In this document: piece by piece, positions 51,827 through 64,000 of the stretch | Position numbering within the stretch: the stretch's first letter is position 1 | How the letters are laid out: each line of letters begins with the position of its first letter | NCBI GenBank assembly: GCA_976551045.1 | Contig: CDPCPM010000050.1 | Location: 12,524,001 to 12,588,000, forward strand | Length of the DNA stretch: 64,000 nucleotides | Source: Glaucostegus cemiculus | Taxonomy: Eukaryota | Reading direction: 5' to 3' | The notes under the pieces: generated by a model | Databases searched by the model: none | The model's input: only the letters and a program-made list of their open reading frames with translations | What the model was told of the DNA's origin: nothing | Program-made: the position numbers and the translations under genes

Positions 51827-53799
51827 GCTATTCACAATGTGACTGAGTGCATTGCATATGTAGACAAGAGGTAGCAAAATCTGCTTTCCCTGAGGTGCTT
51901 TGGTAAACCTGGATTTGGTTTTAAATAACAGAAGAACTTGGCATAATATTGACTTCACCACATGATGCATCTCACGCAAAACATTTGCCACAAAAGAGAA
52001 TGAAAGATGCAGTTGTAATGTGTTAAATCTTTTAAAATATATTCAAAGAATTCAATGTAGAAGTAGAGTATCAGATCAATATAGATATAATTCATATCAT
52101 ACAATAAAAATGGTGCTCTGCTACTCAAACTCAGTCAGTGCAGCAACTTGCATATGATGACATCTAAACTTAGATCTAATTGTAACAATAAGTGGCACCA
52201 TTCTGAGGGCTCCTACATTTTTTCTTGTGAAATGTGTGAATGCAGTTCTCAAAATTTCGAGAGTCAGACCATTCCTAGTATGTACTTAGTTAAGGGGGAA
52301 TCATCTTTAAAGGAACTCTTTATATGTTAGCTAGCCATCTGGGTTGTGCTTTTTATCTTTTTCAGAATGCAAGGACCCAATCCTTTGAATAATTTCATTG
52401 AAGGGGGTGCGAGAATCCAGAAAAGCAATTGCCTCCTCATCAAGCAAACTAGTAAACCTAATCACAACAGGATAAACAGACCTTGCCACTTGTCAACACA
52501 ATAACAATATCAGTGAGCTTTGAACCATCCCATCAACTCACTGTTGAGGCAGCTCTTTTGTTTTGCTGATCATCGTAGGAGGGAACGGTTAGATTGATCT
52601 TAGAGTAGGTTAAAAGGTCAGTACAGCCTCGTGGGCTGAAGGGTCTGTACTGTGCAGTAATGTTCTATATTCACACACAAGGAGTTAATGGTCACAAAAA
52701 TCTCAGGCAACGAGTTAACTTAATTCCAAGCATGAGTTGCTCTGCTAAATTATCCCTCTCATTTCAGAGCTTGGGAGAAAATCTGTGTCTTTCAACCTCA
52801 TGTAAAACAACAGACATCTCAGAAATCTGTGTGGTCTCATTAGTGGATTTTGCTCTTTGAATTGGCTGGAGAGCAACCTACAAATTGGTTTCAGTGGTGA
52901 GAACTGACTGTAAATAGGAAGAACAACAGAAACAATTTGAAATTAAATGACAACTTTAACGCAGAAAATTGTTCCAAGATGCATTCCCAAACCATAAATG
53001 AAATATTGTACGCCAAGCCAAAGAGAAGAAGCATTATGTTTCAATGAAAATCAGTAACATAATGGTCATGTGGTGTAGGGTTGAAAACAATATAAACATT
53101 CATAAAATTGCATGGTCATTGTTAACATTGATTGGATATCTCAGGCAGGTGTAAAACTAATAACTCTTTGGTAGTGTGTTTGTATTAATGAATACAATGT
53201 GTCATATGTGATATGACAAACACAGTTATTACAGGTCGTTAAAGTTTGTGCTTTAAAGAATCATCTGAACCTGATTTTGTAGCTGTAGTTCTGTTATGTA
53301 GAGCTAAGTTTTATAAATACTCGATCTACTTCAGAATAATATGGAGCAAGAAAATATTGAGCGAAGTTGAACTCATGCTGTTATCATTACCTTGGTACTC
53401 AGGCAATAATTGTTACTGGCCCAGAGACAAGTATTGCTACATCTTACATCTGTGTATCATTTATGAACTGTAAAAAGGAGAACTGATTCTATTTTTCTTT
53501 ACTCTGTTCCGGTATGTTGTGACATTCAGGTCAGGAATGGCTGCCCCTTTCTTCCTTTCAAAAGTTAACTTGTGGAAATTTATCCTGTGGTCTTTATCTG
53601 GAAAAAAAAGGGGGTAAGAATGCCATTTTATCTTCAGAATGTAGTTTACACTGGACAAGGGTTAGTGGGAAAACTGTCATCTTTAGGCATTTATATCTTG
53701 TTCAGGCAGCTCCTGTTCCCACTCTCCCCATTTTCTCTTACACATGCTCATCAATTCTTCCTTCATTCTTTTTGCCATTAACCTAGACTGAGCTATGAT

Positions 53800-53985
53800 T
53801 TACACCAGCAGAATTATCCAACAGCATGTCCTTGGGACGTGGATGGAAACTGGAGTACCCGAAGGAAATCCATGCAGTCACTGAGAAAATGTACAAACTC
53901 CACACAGACAGCTTTCAAGGTCACGATTGAACCTGGATCCACAGAGTTGTGAGACAATGGCACTGACTGCTGCGCCTCCCTGCCC
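53800..53985 (-). mobile_element. V-SINE-like element
   Basis: ggaaactggagtacccgaaggaaatccatgcagtcac..aaactccacacagacagc..gattgaacctgg. Confidence 0.75.
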
Positions 53986-56329
53986 CTCTCATTTGACATA
54001 TCTGAGATCAAAGAAATTGAGTTGTGTAAAATATTGAAAATTCCCAATATTTTAATTATTATATCACATTATCCATTTATTGAAATTAATAAGGATATAT
54101 TACACAAATATATTCAACAAATGTTGACTAAAAGTTCCATTATGGCCAACAATTTATTTGATTGTATTTTAACTTTGTCATTTAAAGTTTCCATTATAGG
54201 ACTTTTAGTCTCAAAAATCAATGTTAGAACATGATAAAAATGATTGCCATGCTGGTGGACCTTAACTAATATTCTCACTTCTTGTGAAATATTTAACATA
54301 TCAGAAAGAAATTACAAAGAACCAGTCTACATGAATTTCAAAGAATGTTTTGTAGAACTAATAAGTTCTCTTCATCTATTGATTGTGGTTAATGGGTCAC
54401 TCAATGTTTGCATGAATTTAAACATGATTTCCCATGAATATGATAATTATTGAAAAATGTCAAAATATTGCTTGATTTTAAATATCTTCAGCATCCAGTA
54501 AAAAAATTAAATTAATGTTTACATGGCAAAGCAAAATTGCATTAAAAAAATAGAAGCCTGAAAGGTCACTTAGATATGGTTAGATTTTTTTATCGTGCAA
54601 GCAAAATAATTTGCATTCTATTTTGAAACCACATTCTGTGTTCCAACGAACTTCATGTGGCCATGCTGCATTTGTGGAGATCATGATGATATTTCTCTCT
54701 AACAGCAATATATTCTTTCTGCTTGGCAATGGGCCAGTGTGTCGTTGAAGAACCAGCAAAAGTCATAGACTCTGAGGTTCTGTGGCTTTCAAAGGTCATG
54801 TATCACCCATAGCACTCATTCTACTATTAAATGTCTTTGGTTTGAAATTGAATCTCAAGAGGTTATTAGGGAGAAATCAGCCTTAAAAATGTTAAGAATT
54901 ACAAAATGCTGACGAGTGCAGAGTGACTGATCATTGAATCAAAGATCTGTTCAAACCTTTATTCTTATTACATTAAACAGGCCTCACAATCCATACTGGT
55001 TAAACTTGCTCAGGAATCTGCCCTTAAATGCGCTGGCCTTTTCTCCTGGCTGAGTGGAAAGTTATTATTATTTATCTTGTCTGTCTTATTTTATGAAGAC
55101 CATAGACATTGAGTTACTCCACTTTTTTCTTCCAACACATTCCCTGCACATTTTGGCATTGGCCTCGTAACTCTTCCATATCATTCCAATTCATGTAAAT
55201 TGGAAAAGCTAAACTGAACACAGTGTAGCAAATTTTACTTGATAAGTGTGATCTATCAATCTAAATATTGCTCTAAATTCTGAAAACATGTATTCTACTG
55301 GTGGCTATGTTAACCAAGATTATATTCATGTTTTTAATTATTGTATCACACAGTCCAGCTATTGAAAGGAATTCCTTTCAAAATCTGATCTTGAAGCATA
55401 CTCAAGGAATACCATTTAGCTTATTATGTAAAACAAGCTAGTCAGGCTAACATCATTGGTGAGCGAATCATTGGTTAAAAAAAAAATTAAGGGACACAGA
55501 AATCATCGAGGATAATCAGCATTTTTTCAAGGAAGATTTTGTCTGACTAAGTCAATTGAGTTTTTTTGAGGAAGAAACAATAAGGATCAGTAGAGAGAGA
55601 TTTGCCAATATTAATTTTAATCTATCATTTGCCTCTCCATTGTTCGATTGATCTAAATCTTGCAGCGACCTTTTTATAGCCTACCTTCTCTGCAGTTGTT
55701 GTCTAATTTTAGAGATGTGTACTAATTTGATGAAGTGCATTTATACTCACCTTTCAAGTCATTATGCAGATTGGATACATTGGTGTCCAAGAACTTACTC
55801 TGAAGAAATCAAAGCTCCTTGGTCTGACAACATGGTTTATATTATCCTGGAAATGCCTACCCTAATTCAAATTGTGTAGAGGTGGCCTTTCATGAAAAAT
55901 GAACCAGAGAATCTTGCACTTAAACCCACCTCACAAATAAAAGGTCTTTGGATTTTACTTGGCTCACCCTGACCATGCTTATCTCCAGTCACTTTGAGAC
56001 AACGTGTAAGTAAGTGCCAGGTTCTTGTTGATTCTTCAGCCAGGTTTCTGTCCTTGAAAAGATCGAATGTGTTGATGAGAGTGTTGAGACTGGAATGGAG
56101 TCCCAGAAGAAGGAACACATTGAAAGACTAGTATTGACCTTTATTAGGAATCTTGTAAGAAAATAAAGCTCCCAATATTTGAGGTGCACAAGCGCAAAAG
56201 CTTTAAAGATTGATGCTGAACTCTGCTTTTAGAACAAACAAGTCTGTGGATTACAAAAAAAAATGACAAATAATTTTAATTCAGTGCTGCAAAAGATGAT
56301 TGTTTTTCTGTTGTTCAGACAAGGAAGTT

Positions 56330-56436
56330 ATTATTTATTTTATTTTACTTTATTTACAGCGTGGTAACAGGCCCTTTCGGCCCAATGAGTCCGCGCTGCC
56401 CATTTTAAATCCCCAAATTAACCTACCCGTACGTCT
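56330..56436 (-). mobile_element. SINE 3' tail (same family as 6013-6257), truncated at the CR1 junction
   Basis: tttacagcgtggtaacaggccctttcggcccaatgagtccgcgctgcccattttaaatccccaaattaacctacccgtacgtc. Confidence 0.85.
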
Positions 56437-57315
56437 TATAAAAAAAGCTAACATCCCATAAGCCTTCTTAACTGTCCTATCCACCTGCAAGGCAACTTTG
56501 AGTGAACTATGGATATGAACCCCCAGATCCCTCTGCTCCTCTACACTGCCAAGTACCTTACCATTTACCTCATACTCTGCCCTGGAGTTCTTCCTCACAC
56601 TTCTCCGGATTAAACTCCATCTGCCTCCTGCCCTCCCAGCTCTGCATCCTATCAATATCCCTCTGTAAACTCCGACAGTCCTCCACACTATCTACCACAC
56701 CGCCGATCTTGGTGTCATCCGCAAACTTACCAACCCATCCATCCACTCCTTCATCTAAGTCATCTATAAATATAACAAAGAGCAGAGGCCCCAGAACCAA
56801 TCCCTGCGGGACACCACTAGTCACAGCCCTCCAATCCGAGGGCACTCCCTCCACCACAACCCTCTGCTTTCTACAGGCAAGCCAATTCCTGATCCACACA
56901 GCCAAACTCCCCTGGATGCCTCGACCTCTGACCTTCTGAAGAAGCCTGCCATGAGGAACCTTATCGAAGGCCTTACTAAAATCCATATAGACTACATCCA
57001 CCGCACTGCCCTCATCAAGCTTCCTCGTCACCTCCTCAAAAAATTCTATCAGGCTCGTGAGACAAGATCTTCCCTTCACAAAGCCATGCTGACTGTCCCT
57101 AATCAGTCCCTGACTCTCCAGGTGTTCAAAGATCCTATCCCTCAGAATCCTTTCTAACAGCTTACCCACTACAGACGTGTGACTCACTGGTCTGTAATTT
57201 CCCGGACTATCCCTACTACCTTTCTTAAACAAGGGAACAGCATCCGCTACCCGCCAATCCTCCAGCACCATCCCCGTGGATAACGAGGACTCAAAGATAC
57301 TCACCAGCGGATCAA
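56437..57315 (-). mobile_element. Young CR1 LINE ORF2 (reverse transcriptase) internal fragment
   Basis: 244-aa ORF with DWRVADAVPLFKKG..GNYRPVS, QHGFVKGRSCLTSL, YMDFSKAFDKVPH, SGVPQGLVLGPLLF, KFADDTK; continues after a frameshift to VKKAYGMLAFFI. Confidence 0.95.
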
Positions 57316-57892
57316 CAATGATGCCAATGAATTTAAAAACCTGGTAGTCATTAAAGATTGACAGTTATGTCAAGTGTTTGAACAACGTTTAAAAATATTT
57401 GAACCACCTAGCAGATCAAGACTATTCTTGTTTCTCCTCAGGTGCTGGCTGACCTGTAAAGCTTTTCTAAAATTTCTATTTTTGTCTCAGAGTTCTAGGG
57501 CTGGTAACCTTGTACTTTGTGTAAAAGGTTTTGTTTGATTCACATTTTGCCAGGTGGAGGTGGGGGCAATATGGGGGGAAGGATAGGAGAACATTGCAGA
57601 ATATCTCCTTGAGATTTTATGCTTCAGTTAGATTCTCTAAGTTAAATTATACATAATGAGTGCCAGATATGGTCTTAATGTTGCCTGGTCTTTTCACCCT
57701 TCAAACGTTCTTATATTCCTCAATGTTTAAGTTTTTCCTAACCTTGTACTCTTAGTTTCTTTAAAAGCAAATCTTTCCAGTGAAAATCTCAATAAAATGT
57801 GGAGTACTGAAATATGTGCTTGAGATAAGCTCTCATTATGTTCAATTTTACATCCACTCATCAAATACTCCACTTCAACAAGTTATAATTGT

Positions 57893-58500
57893 TATTGTGG
57901 GATTGAGTTCAAGAGCAGAGAGGTGATGATGCTGCTTTACAAAACTCTAGTTAGACCGCACTTAGAATATTGTGTTCAGTTCTGGTCGCCGCATTATAGG
58001 AAGGATGTGGAGGCGTTGGAGAGGGTACAGAGGCGATTTACCAGGATGATGCCTGGATTAGAGGGCATGGAATATGAGGAGAGGCTTGAGGTGCTAGGGC
58101 TCTACTTGTTGGAGAGGAGGAGGATGAGAGGGGACTTGATAGAGGTGTATAAGATATTGAGAGGAATAGATAGAGTTGACAGACAGCGCCTCTTTCCCAG
58201 AGTGCAGATGCTCAAGACGAGAGGGCATGGCTTTAAGATATTGGGCGGAAAGTTCAGGGGAGATGTCAGAGGGAAGTTTTTCACCCAGAGAGTGGTTGGC
58301 ACATGGAATGCGCTGCCTGGGGTGGTAGTAGAGGCAGATACGTTGGACAGGTTCAAGAGATTGTTAGATAGGCACATGGAAGAATGTTGAATAGTAGGAT
58401 ATGTGGGAGGAAAGAGTTAGCTTGTGAGATGTTTGAAGAATGGCACAACTTGGTGGGCTGAAGGGCCTGTTTTGTGCTGTATTGTTCTATGTATTCTATG
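57893..58500 (+). mobile_element. Young CR1 LINE ORF2 C-terminus and 3' UTR
   Basis: GIEFKSREVMMLLYKTLVRPHLEYCVQFWSPHYRKD..RGDLIEVYKIL..FFTQRVVGTWNALP; tail gggctgaagggcctgttttgtgctgtattgttctatgtattctatg. Confidence 0.95.
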
Positions 58501-59020
58501 TTTAAATATTGATTCAAATAAAAATTACAAACTACAGATCCTATTTGTTTTATCCACTTCAGAGGTAACTGATTCCAGTTTACTTTATCCTTATAGTCCC
58601 CTCTGACCTTTTGAAATGGGCTGTGTTTCATGATCCAAAAATTATAAAAGAGATCTGTCGACTTCATTTAATATCCATTGATGGACCATAGTAATTTTTA
58701 TGACACTGTAATTTCATATCTTCACTGTTATGGAAATTTTGTCCCAGTTTTTTTTGTTTTCCATTGTATCACTCCTTTATTCTTCTCTTGAATTTATTGA
58801 CTTATGCTGGGTTAAAATTTCTCATGGATGACAGATGCTTGGGTGCCTCACCAAAGTGGCCGATCTTTCTCTTCACTGCAGACTCTCAGATCACACTTCC
58901 CTGAAATGTGGCAGCAAGCACAGAAATGAAAGGATCTTCCAGCAGTATTAGGGGGGTGTGACAAATGCTGATTGTATTTTTATCTCCTGTGTAGATAAGA
59001 ATGAGTATGATGGCATAGTG

Positions 59021-59245
59021 AAAAATGAGCTGCTGGAAGAACTCAGCAGGTCAGGCAGCATCTATGGAGGGAAGTGGAGTGTCAACGTTTTGGGTCAAGA
59101 CCCTACATCCATTACAGATGAAGAATCTCGACCTGAAATGTCAACTGTGCATTTCCCTCTGCAGATGCTGCCTGACCCGCTGACTTCCTCCAGCAGCTTG
59201 TTTTTTTTTTGCTCCAGATTCCAGCAACTGCAGTCTCTTATGTCT
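59021..59245. mobile_element. Palindromic Penelope pseudo-LTR-derived element
   Basis: The left arm agctgctggaagaactcagcaggtcaggcagcatct is the reverse complement of the right arm agatgctgcctgacccgctgacttcctccagcagct; decayed hammerhead cores lie at the centre. Confidence 0.7.
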
Positions 59246-59264
59246 TCATGGTACTATAGTAGTT

Positions 59265-60310
59265 AGGTTGCTGGACTGTTGTTCAAAGATCTGGAAACAT
59301 GAATTTGAATCCTGCTGCAGCCCTGGGGAGTTTAAAGCCAAATAATTAAATAAATCTAAAACAGACTAGTGCCAGTGAAGATGACAATAAAACTATTGAA
59401 TGAAACTGCATCAGTGAACCAAATATTGAGACCCAGCTGTTTACTGATGTCCTTCAAGGAAGGAATTCTACCATTCTTACTGAGTCTGGCCCATATTTGA
59501 GTTCAGACTCAGCAATGTGATGACCTGCCCTCAGAAATTGTTTCAAGTTTCAAGTACATAGGCATACGTACACAGGGTATAAATGCCATGAAAATTAGCT
59601 TTTTGCAGCAGCAGCACTGTACATTACAAGACAAGGACAAATATAAGTTTACATGAACTTATGTGTACAAAATAAACATAACAACACTAGTGCTAGATTG
59701 AGAGAGAGAAAAAAAAATGTCCAAAGTAGTGTTAGGGTTTCTCAGGTCACTTCAAGAACCTGATGGCAGAGGGGAAGAAGCTGTTGTTGAACCATGATGT
59801 GTGGGTCTTCAGGCTCCTGTACCTCCTGCCCGATGGCAGCAACGAGAGGAGGGCATGGCTCAGATGGTGGGAATCCCTAATGATGGATGCCACTTTCTTG
59901 AGACATTGTCTCTTGTAGATGTCCTCGATGGTGGGGAGTGGCGTATCCCACAACTCTCTGTAGCCTCCTGCATTCCCGTGCATTGGAGTTTCCATACCAG
60001 GCCATGATGCAACCTGTCAGAATGCTTGCTACTACACCTCGCAGAAGTTCACTGACATGTTGAATCTCCTTAACTGGCACACCTTCTCCAGGGTTGCATC
60101 TATGTGCTGGGCCCAGGGTAGGCGCTCTGAGATGTTGACACCCAGCAGCTTCAAGCTGCTCACCCTTTCCAATGCTGACCCTTCACTGAGGACTGGTGTG
60201 CATTCACCTGACATCTCCTATTGTCGAGCCAGCCACTCTGTTCTGACGGTAATTAGGGATAAATGCTGGCCACGGCAGACACCTTCACTTCCAATAAATA
60301 CATTTAAAAA
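59265..60310 (+). mobile_element. Old SINE (59265-59540 and 60220-60310) split by a Rex1 insertion
   Basis: ctgccctcagaaattg resumes as gagccagccactctgttc..aattagggataaatgctggcc. Possible ATTGT target duplication (59537-59541 and 60220-60224). Confidence 0.55.
59542..60219 (-). mobile_element. Rex1/Babar LINE 3' fragment
   Basis: ERVSSLKLLGVNIS, SILTGCIMAWYGNS, LPTIEDIY..CLKKVASIIRDSHHLSHALLSLLPSGRRYRSLKTHT..FNNSFFPSAIR. Confidence 0.9.
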
Positions 60311-63300
60311 TTGCCATCTTTGGGCTTAGTCTCCTGGTTAAAACATAGGTCTGAATGCCACCAAGAAGTTTGATTGCATGTGTCACTTTCAATGTCAAGT
60401 CAGGTAGAAAAAAGGTAAGAAACAGAGGGGAAAATTATTGGAATGAGGGAGCAAAAAAGATCAAAGAAATAGTAATTTATAAAAAAATCTCCAACGTCAA
60501 TGGCAGAAAGAATGAGATTCCACTGTTGCAATAATTAAATTTCTGTGTCAGATAAATAATAATGACCTATTATCACATTGCTCAAAAAGTACCCGAGTTT
60601 GAAATGCAATACTTAGGAAAATCAAAACACAAGAAACAAAGTATTAAGCAGACAATAAGATTAAAGCCAAACTTCCACATCAGCTCACTTTTTTCCCATA
60701 TCACCTTGGTTCCCTTAGTGACCAAGAATATACTTAATGTTTGAGCATTCACAGATATTTAGTTCAAAGAAATACAGATTCAAAATTGTCTGCATGGAAA
60801 AACCTCTCGGCACTAAATGACAGACTCTCATTCTGAGACTTTGACGCAGGTTTTACAGTCACAATGGTAACAGAACTAAACTGACTGCAAATTAAGGGAT
60901 TCCATACAGGCATATGGAAATCCCAGAGTTGCTATCAGTGATTGTCTACATATTATGTTGTTTTCAGCCTTCACTGATGGAATTAACTGTAAATTGTCTT
61001 GAACATATTGTTCTGCTGCTGAAGGTTTGTAATTTTTAATGATGCACTAACAAAATTAATGATAGCAAAGTCTCTGCCATTAAAAATAAACTAACTTGAG
61101 TCACATGGATTGTAATTCTCTCAGATAAACTTCTCAAGATGTAATGGATTTTAAAATAATAAAAGGTTAAGAAGTTTATTAATGATATTTCAGCTGCTAC
61201 TTTAATCACATGGATTTATTCCAAATTTTATTTAATGCCCTGTAAAATATTAAAATAAGTCAATTAAAAATTGTACCTTTTACCTTCCTGGTTTGTTGCC
61301 AGTGAGAATTCTTTAATGTGATTGGCTATCACAAGGAGTGAATGAAAGGATTCCCTTAAATTCATGCATAATATCAAGGGATGTTGGAAGGAATGTCCAT
61401 GCTGTAGGAATCATTAATTGGATTTATAATCCCTAGTTCTTGTCCCTCCAGCTTCTCATCATCCACCCTGACAAGTCTTCCAAAAACTTCACACGTTTCA
61501 TTAACGTCATCTTTCATTCTTCTAAACTCTGGAAATTATGAAGAGAATCTGCACGATTTTGAACGAGAGCATGAAATAAATTGCTAAATATGATCAGTAT
61601 CTTACATTGCACTGAACCTTTCAACTGCATGAGTATAAGAGGCACAAACTGGAACCAAATTGGGTTGACCTTGTCTAACACAAAACTGACACTTTTTCTG
61701 AGAAACTGACTCAGTAATGTTTAAGTGCCAGACTGCAGAGGATCCACAGGAAAGTAGGTCTAGACAGCAGACACCAGTGCTCAACCTCTCCCATGTAAAC
61801 AGATCATTTAATTCCAGATTTGTTAGGGTGTCAGTTGGAACAGAACTTGTTGGGCTCATTGGGTCTGGAAATTCTACACCTCTGGATGTTTGAGACAATT
61901 TTAGAGATCAAATGTTTTTCCTTTGGTTAAAATCAGTGGAAGCTTTAGAAACAGACCGGCTGGGCCCCTGCACAACCCAGAGCATGAAAAGGGACCCTCC
62001 CTTGAAGATGCTGAAGGGCCACTGCCTGGGTAACCCATCCACCCATTGGTTAGAACAGCAATGCATCCAGAGGCTAAGATTCATCACATCAGTATGACAG
62101 AGATCTACCATCCTTTCCAGGCAGAGCTGCAACTCATAGCCCCAACTGATCAGATTGTAGAGATGAAGGCTGTGGTCTTTCTAAACTCTGGATGATTCTA
62201 GGCAGCAGCAGCTGTGCTGTGCCCTGCAATTCTGCAGTGTGCTTTGTATGTGAGACCTAATGGACTTTCTCTAGAATGTGGGAGTGTCAGTGAAACAGGG
62301 TGTCTACTCCCAAGCTTATGCTACCCTCATTAGAGTTTCCAGAACTGCATAATTACTTCTAGCAGTGGTTCAATTTATTGCTCAACCCATTTTTAACAGG
62401 ATAGGGATTAGCTGAGGTAAGTTTGAGCTGGTGCATGGGGCTCCTGAAATTATTTACGCTTAATATGTGTGAATGAGGAAAGGATTGCAACTGGGATTGC
62501 TTAACCACTCAAGTCCTGACATGGTCTATGCACATGGAAGGCACACACTAATGGTATCTATGTCAGCTTGTGTAGATCCCCTGTGCTGCATACTTCCATG
62601 GACAATTGAATTTCTCAATATATAACTTCCATATAACTAAAAGGTATAATTTTCTGTGGCAGGTTTGGATCGTATCAACTACAAGGTGCAGCAGGCTCAT
62701 GGCAATCAGCATGTTTCCAGTGAGGTGATGTTTCCTTAAAGCTAACAGTATGATGTAACTCAGAAAGCATTTTTTGGATATTGATCATATATTTGCTCTT
62801 CCATCCATAGATGTCTTCCCATCTATATCAATAATGCAAATGCCATTAGCCTAAATATTATTTTGGCAGCAAAATCTGGTCCATTAATCTCAAAATAATC
62901 TTCATACTGTCAACTCCATTCAGTTATATTGCACTTTAAATTCTTGTCCCTTGCCCATTTTGCTTTTAAATAACTACAAATTCATAATATGCCATTCACT
63001 GTAGCATGTTCATGGAAAGATCATATTTTAATTCTATATGGCCACTATCACTATTGTAATTTTTATTTTTGTCCCGGTCTGCAGTGAGCAGTTATTGGGC
63101 TTTAAACTCAGTTACATAGAATATGTAGTCAAATGCTCCAGGCCATATCTGTGGAAATGCAAACTGTGTGAAGTTAATGTGCTCTGTAAGATTAATTTGT
63201 TTTATGTGATTTCAAAGTCCCATGGGTCTTTTTTATCTGATCATAAAAATGTTATTTTCCAATAACTACTCCTAGTGGAAATGCTACTAGCAGGTATTTT

Positions 63301-63764
63301 AATGAGTTTCTGAGAGCTGAAGAGGGTTTCTCACGGGGGTGATTGAGTTATAGCAGGCAATTCACAGCTATGGAACAAACCTAGCTCCCGTACCATAAAT
63401 ATGGGAAAGTTACTCCTTGACTATATCGCTGCTGATGCACAACGTCATTTATTCCATCATTATGTGGTTTCCAGTGTGACTTTTAGACCCTCTTTCACAG
63501 AATGCAGTGTCTCAGAATTTAGTATTAATTAATTCACATTCAATACAAATGTGAAACAATAAACTCATGAATGGTGGAAGTCACTGTTTATATTAATGGA
63601 ATATTAAGTATTTAGACTCACTGCAGTGGCACTGCATCAATGGATCTGCAGAAAGTATATTCGGATCATGTGGCGTCATAATGCACCATCAAACTAAAGG
63701 GATCTTCTCAGGTAGGATAAATAGTCATATGACAAAAATTATTAGAAAACAAATATTGGAGTAT

Positions 63765-64000
63765 CCAATTGGATTCAACATTGGCTTAGTGGGAGAAGCC
63801 AGAGAGTGGTAATAGATGGTTGTCTCTCTGACTGGAGGCCTTTGACTAGTGGTGTGCTGCAGGAATCGGTGTTGGGTCCGTTATTTATCATCTTTATTAG
63901 TGATTTAAATGATAATGTGATAAACTGGATCATCAAATTTGCGGATGACACCAAGATTGGGGGCATAGTGGACAGTGAGGAAGGCTATCAAAGTTTGCAG
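63765..64000 (+). mobile_element. CR1 RT fragment running off the window end
   Basis: WIQHWLSGRSQRVVIDG..SDWRPLTSGVLQESVLGPLF..IKFADDTKIGGIVDSEEG. Confidence 0.9.

Noticed and set aside
53174-53224. Small nested palindromes (ttgtatt/aatacaa; tgtcatat/atatgaca)
   Set aside because: Short AT-rich stems expected by chance in 64 kb; no supporting context.

Overview
AT-rich, repeat-dense vertebrate genomic DNA. The repeat complement (V-SINE-like tRNA SINEs with CR1 tails, CR1, L2, Rex1/Babar, RTE and Penelope remnants) points to a cartilaginous fish, probably a ray; this is inferred. The main feature is the 3' part of a spliced merlin (NF2)-like gene on the + strand. Nine exons equivalent to human NF2 exons 7, 9-15 and 17 lie between 4750 and 46134, with conserved exon phases. 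The gene looks like an unprocessed pseudogene: 5 of 17 splice dinucleotides are broken, exon 10 has two in-frame TGA stops, and exon 8 could not be found. The C-terminal-tail exons 15 and 17, however, are intact and well conserved. Other notable items: a young CpG-rich composite retroposon with a YY1 motif, a VNTR and a (TTCTGA)n tail; a roughly 1.45 kb inversion that splits one young CR1 into two exactly complementary halves; Penelope-type hammerhead ribozyme motifs; a 78-nt fold-back hairpin; and a tentative minus-strand exon chain ending near a WFQNR homeobox-like relic. No intact host protein-coding gene is supported. Most ORF-track entries are transposon fragments or chance ORFs.
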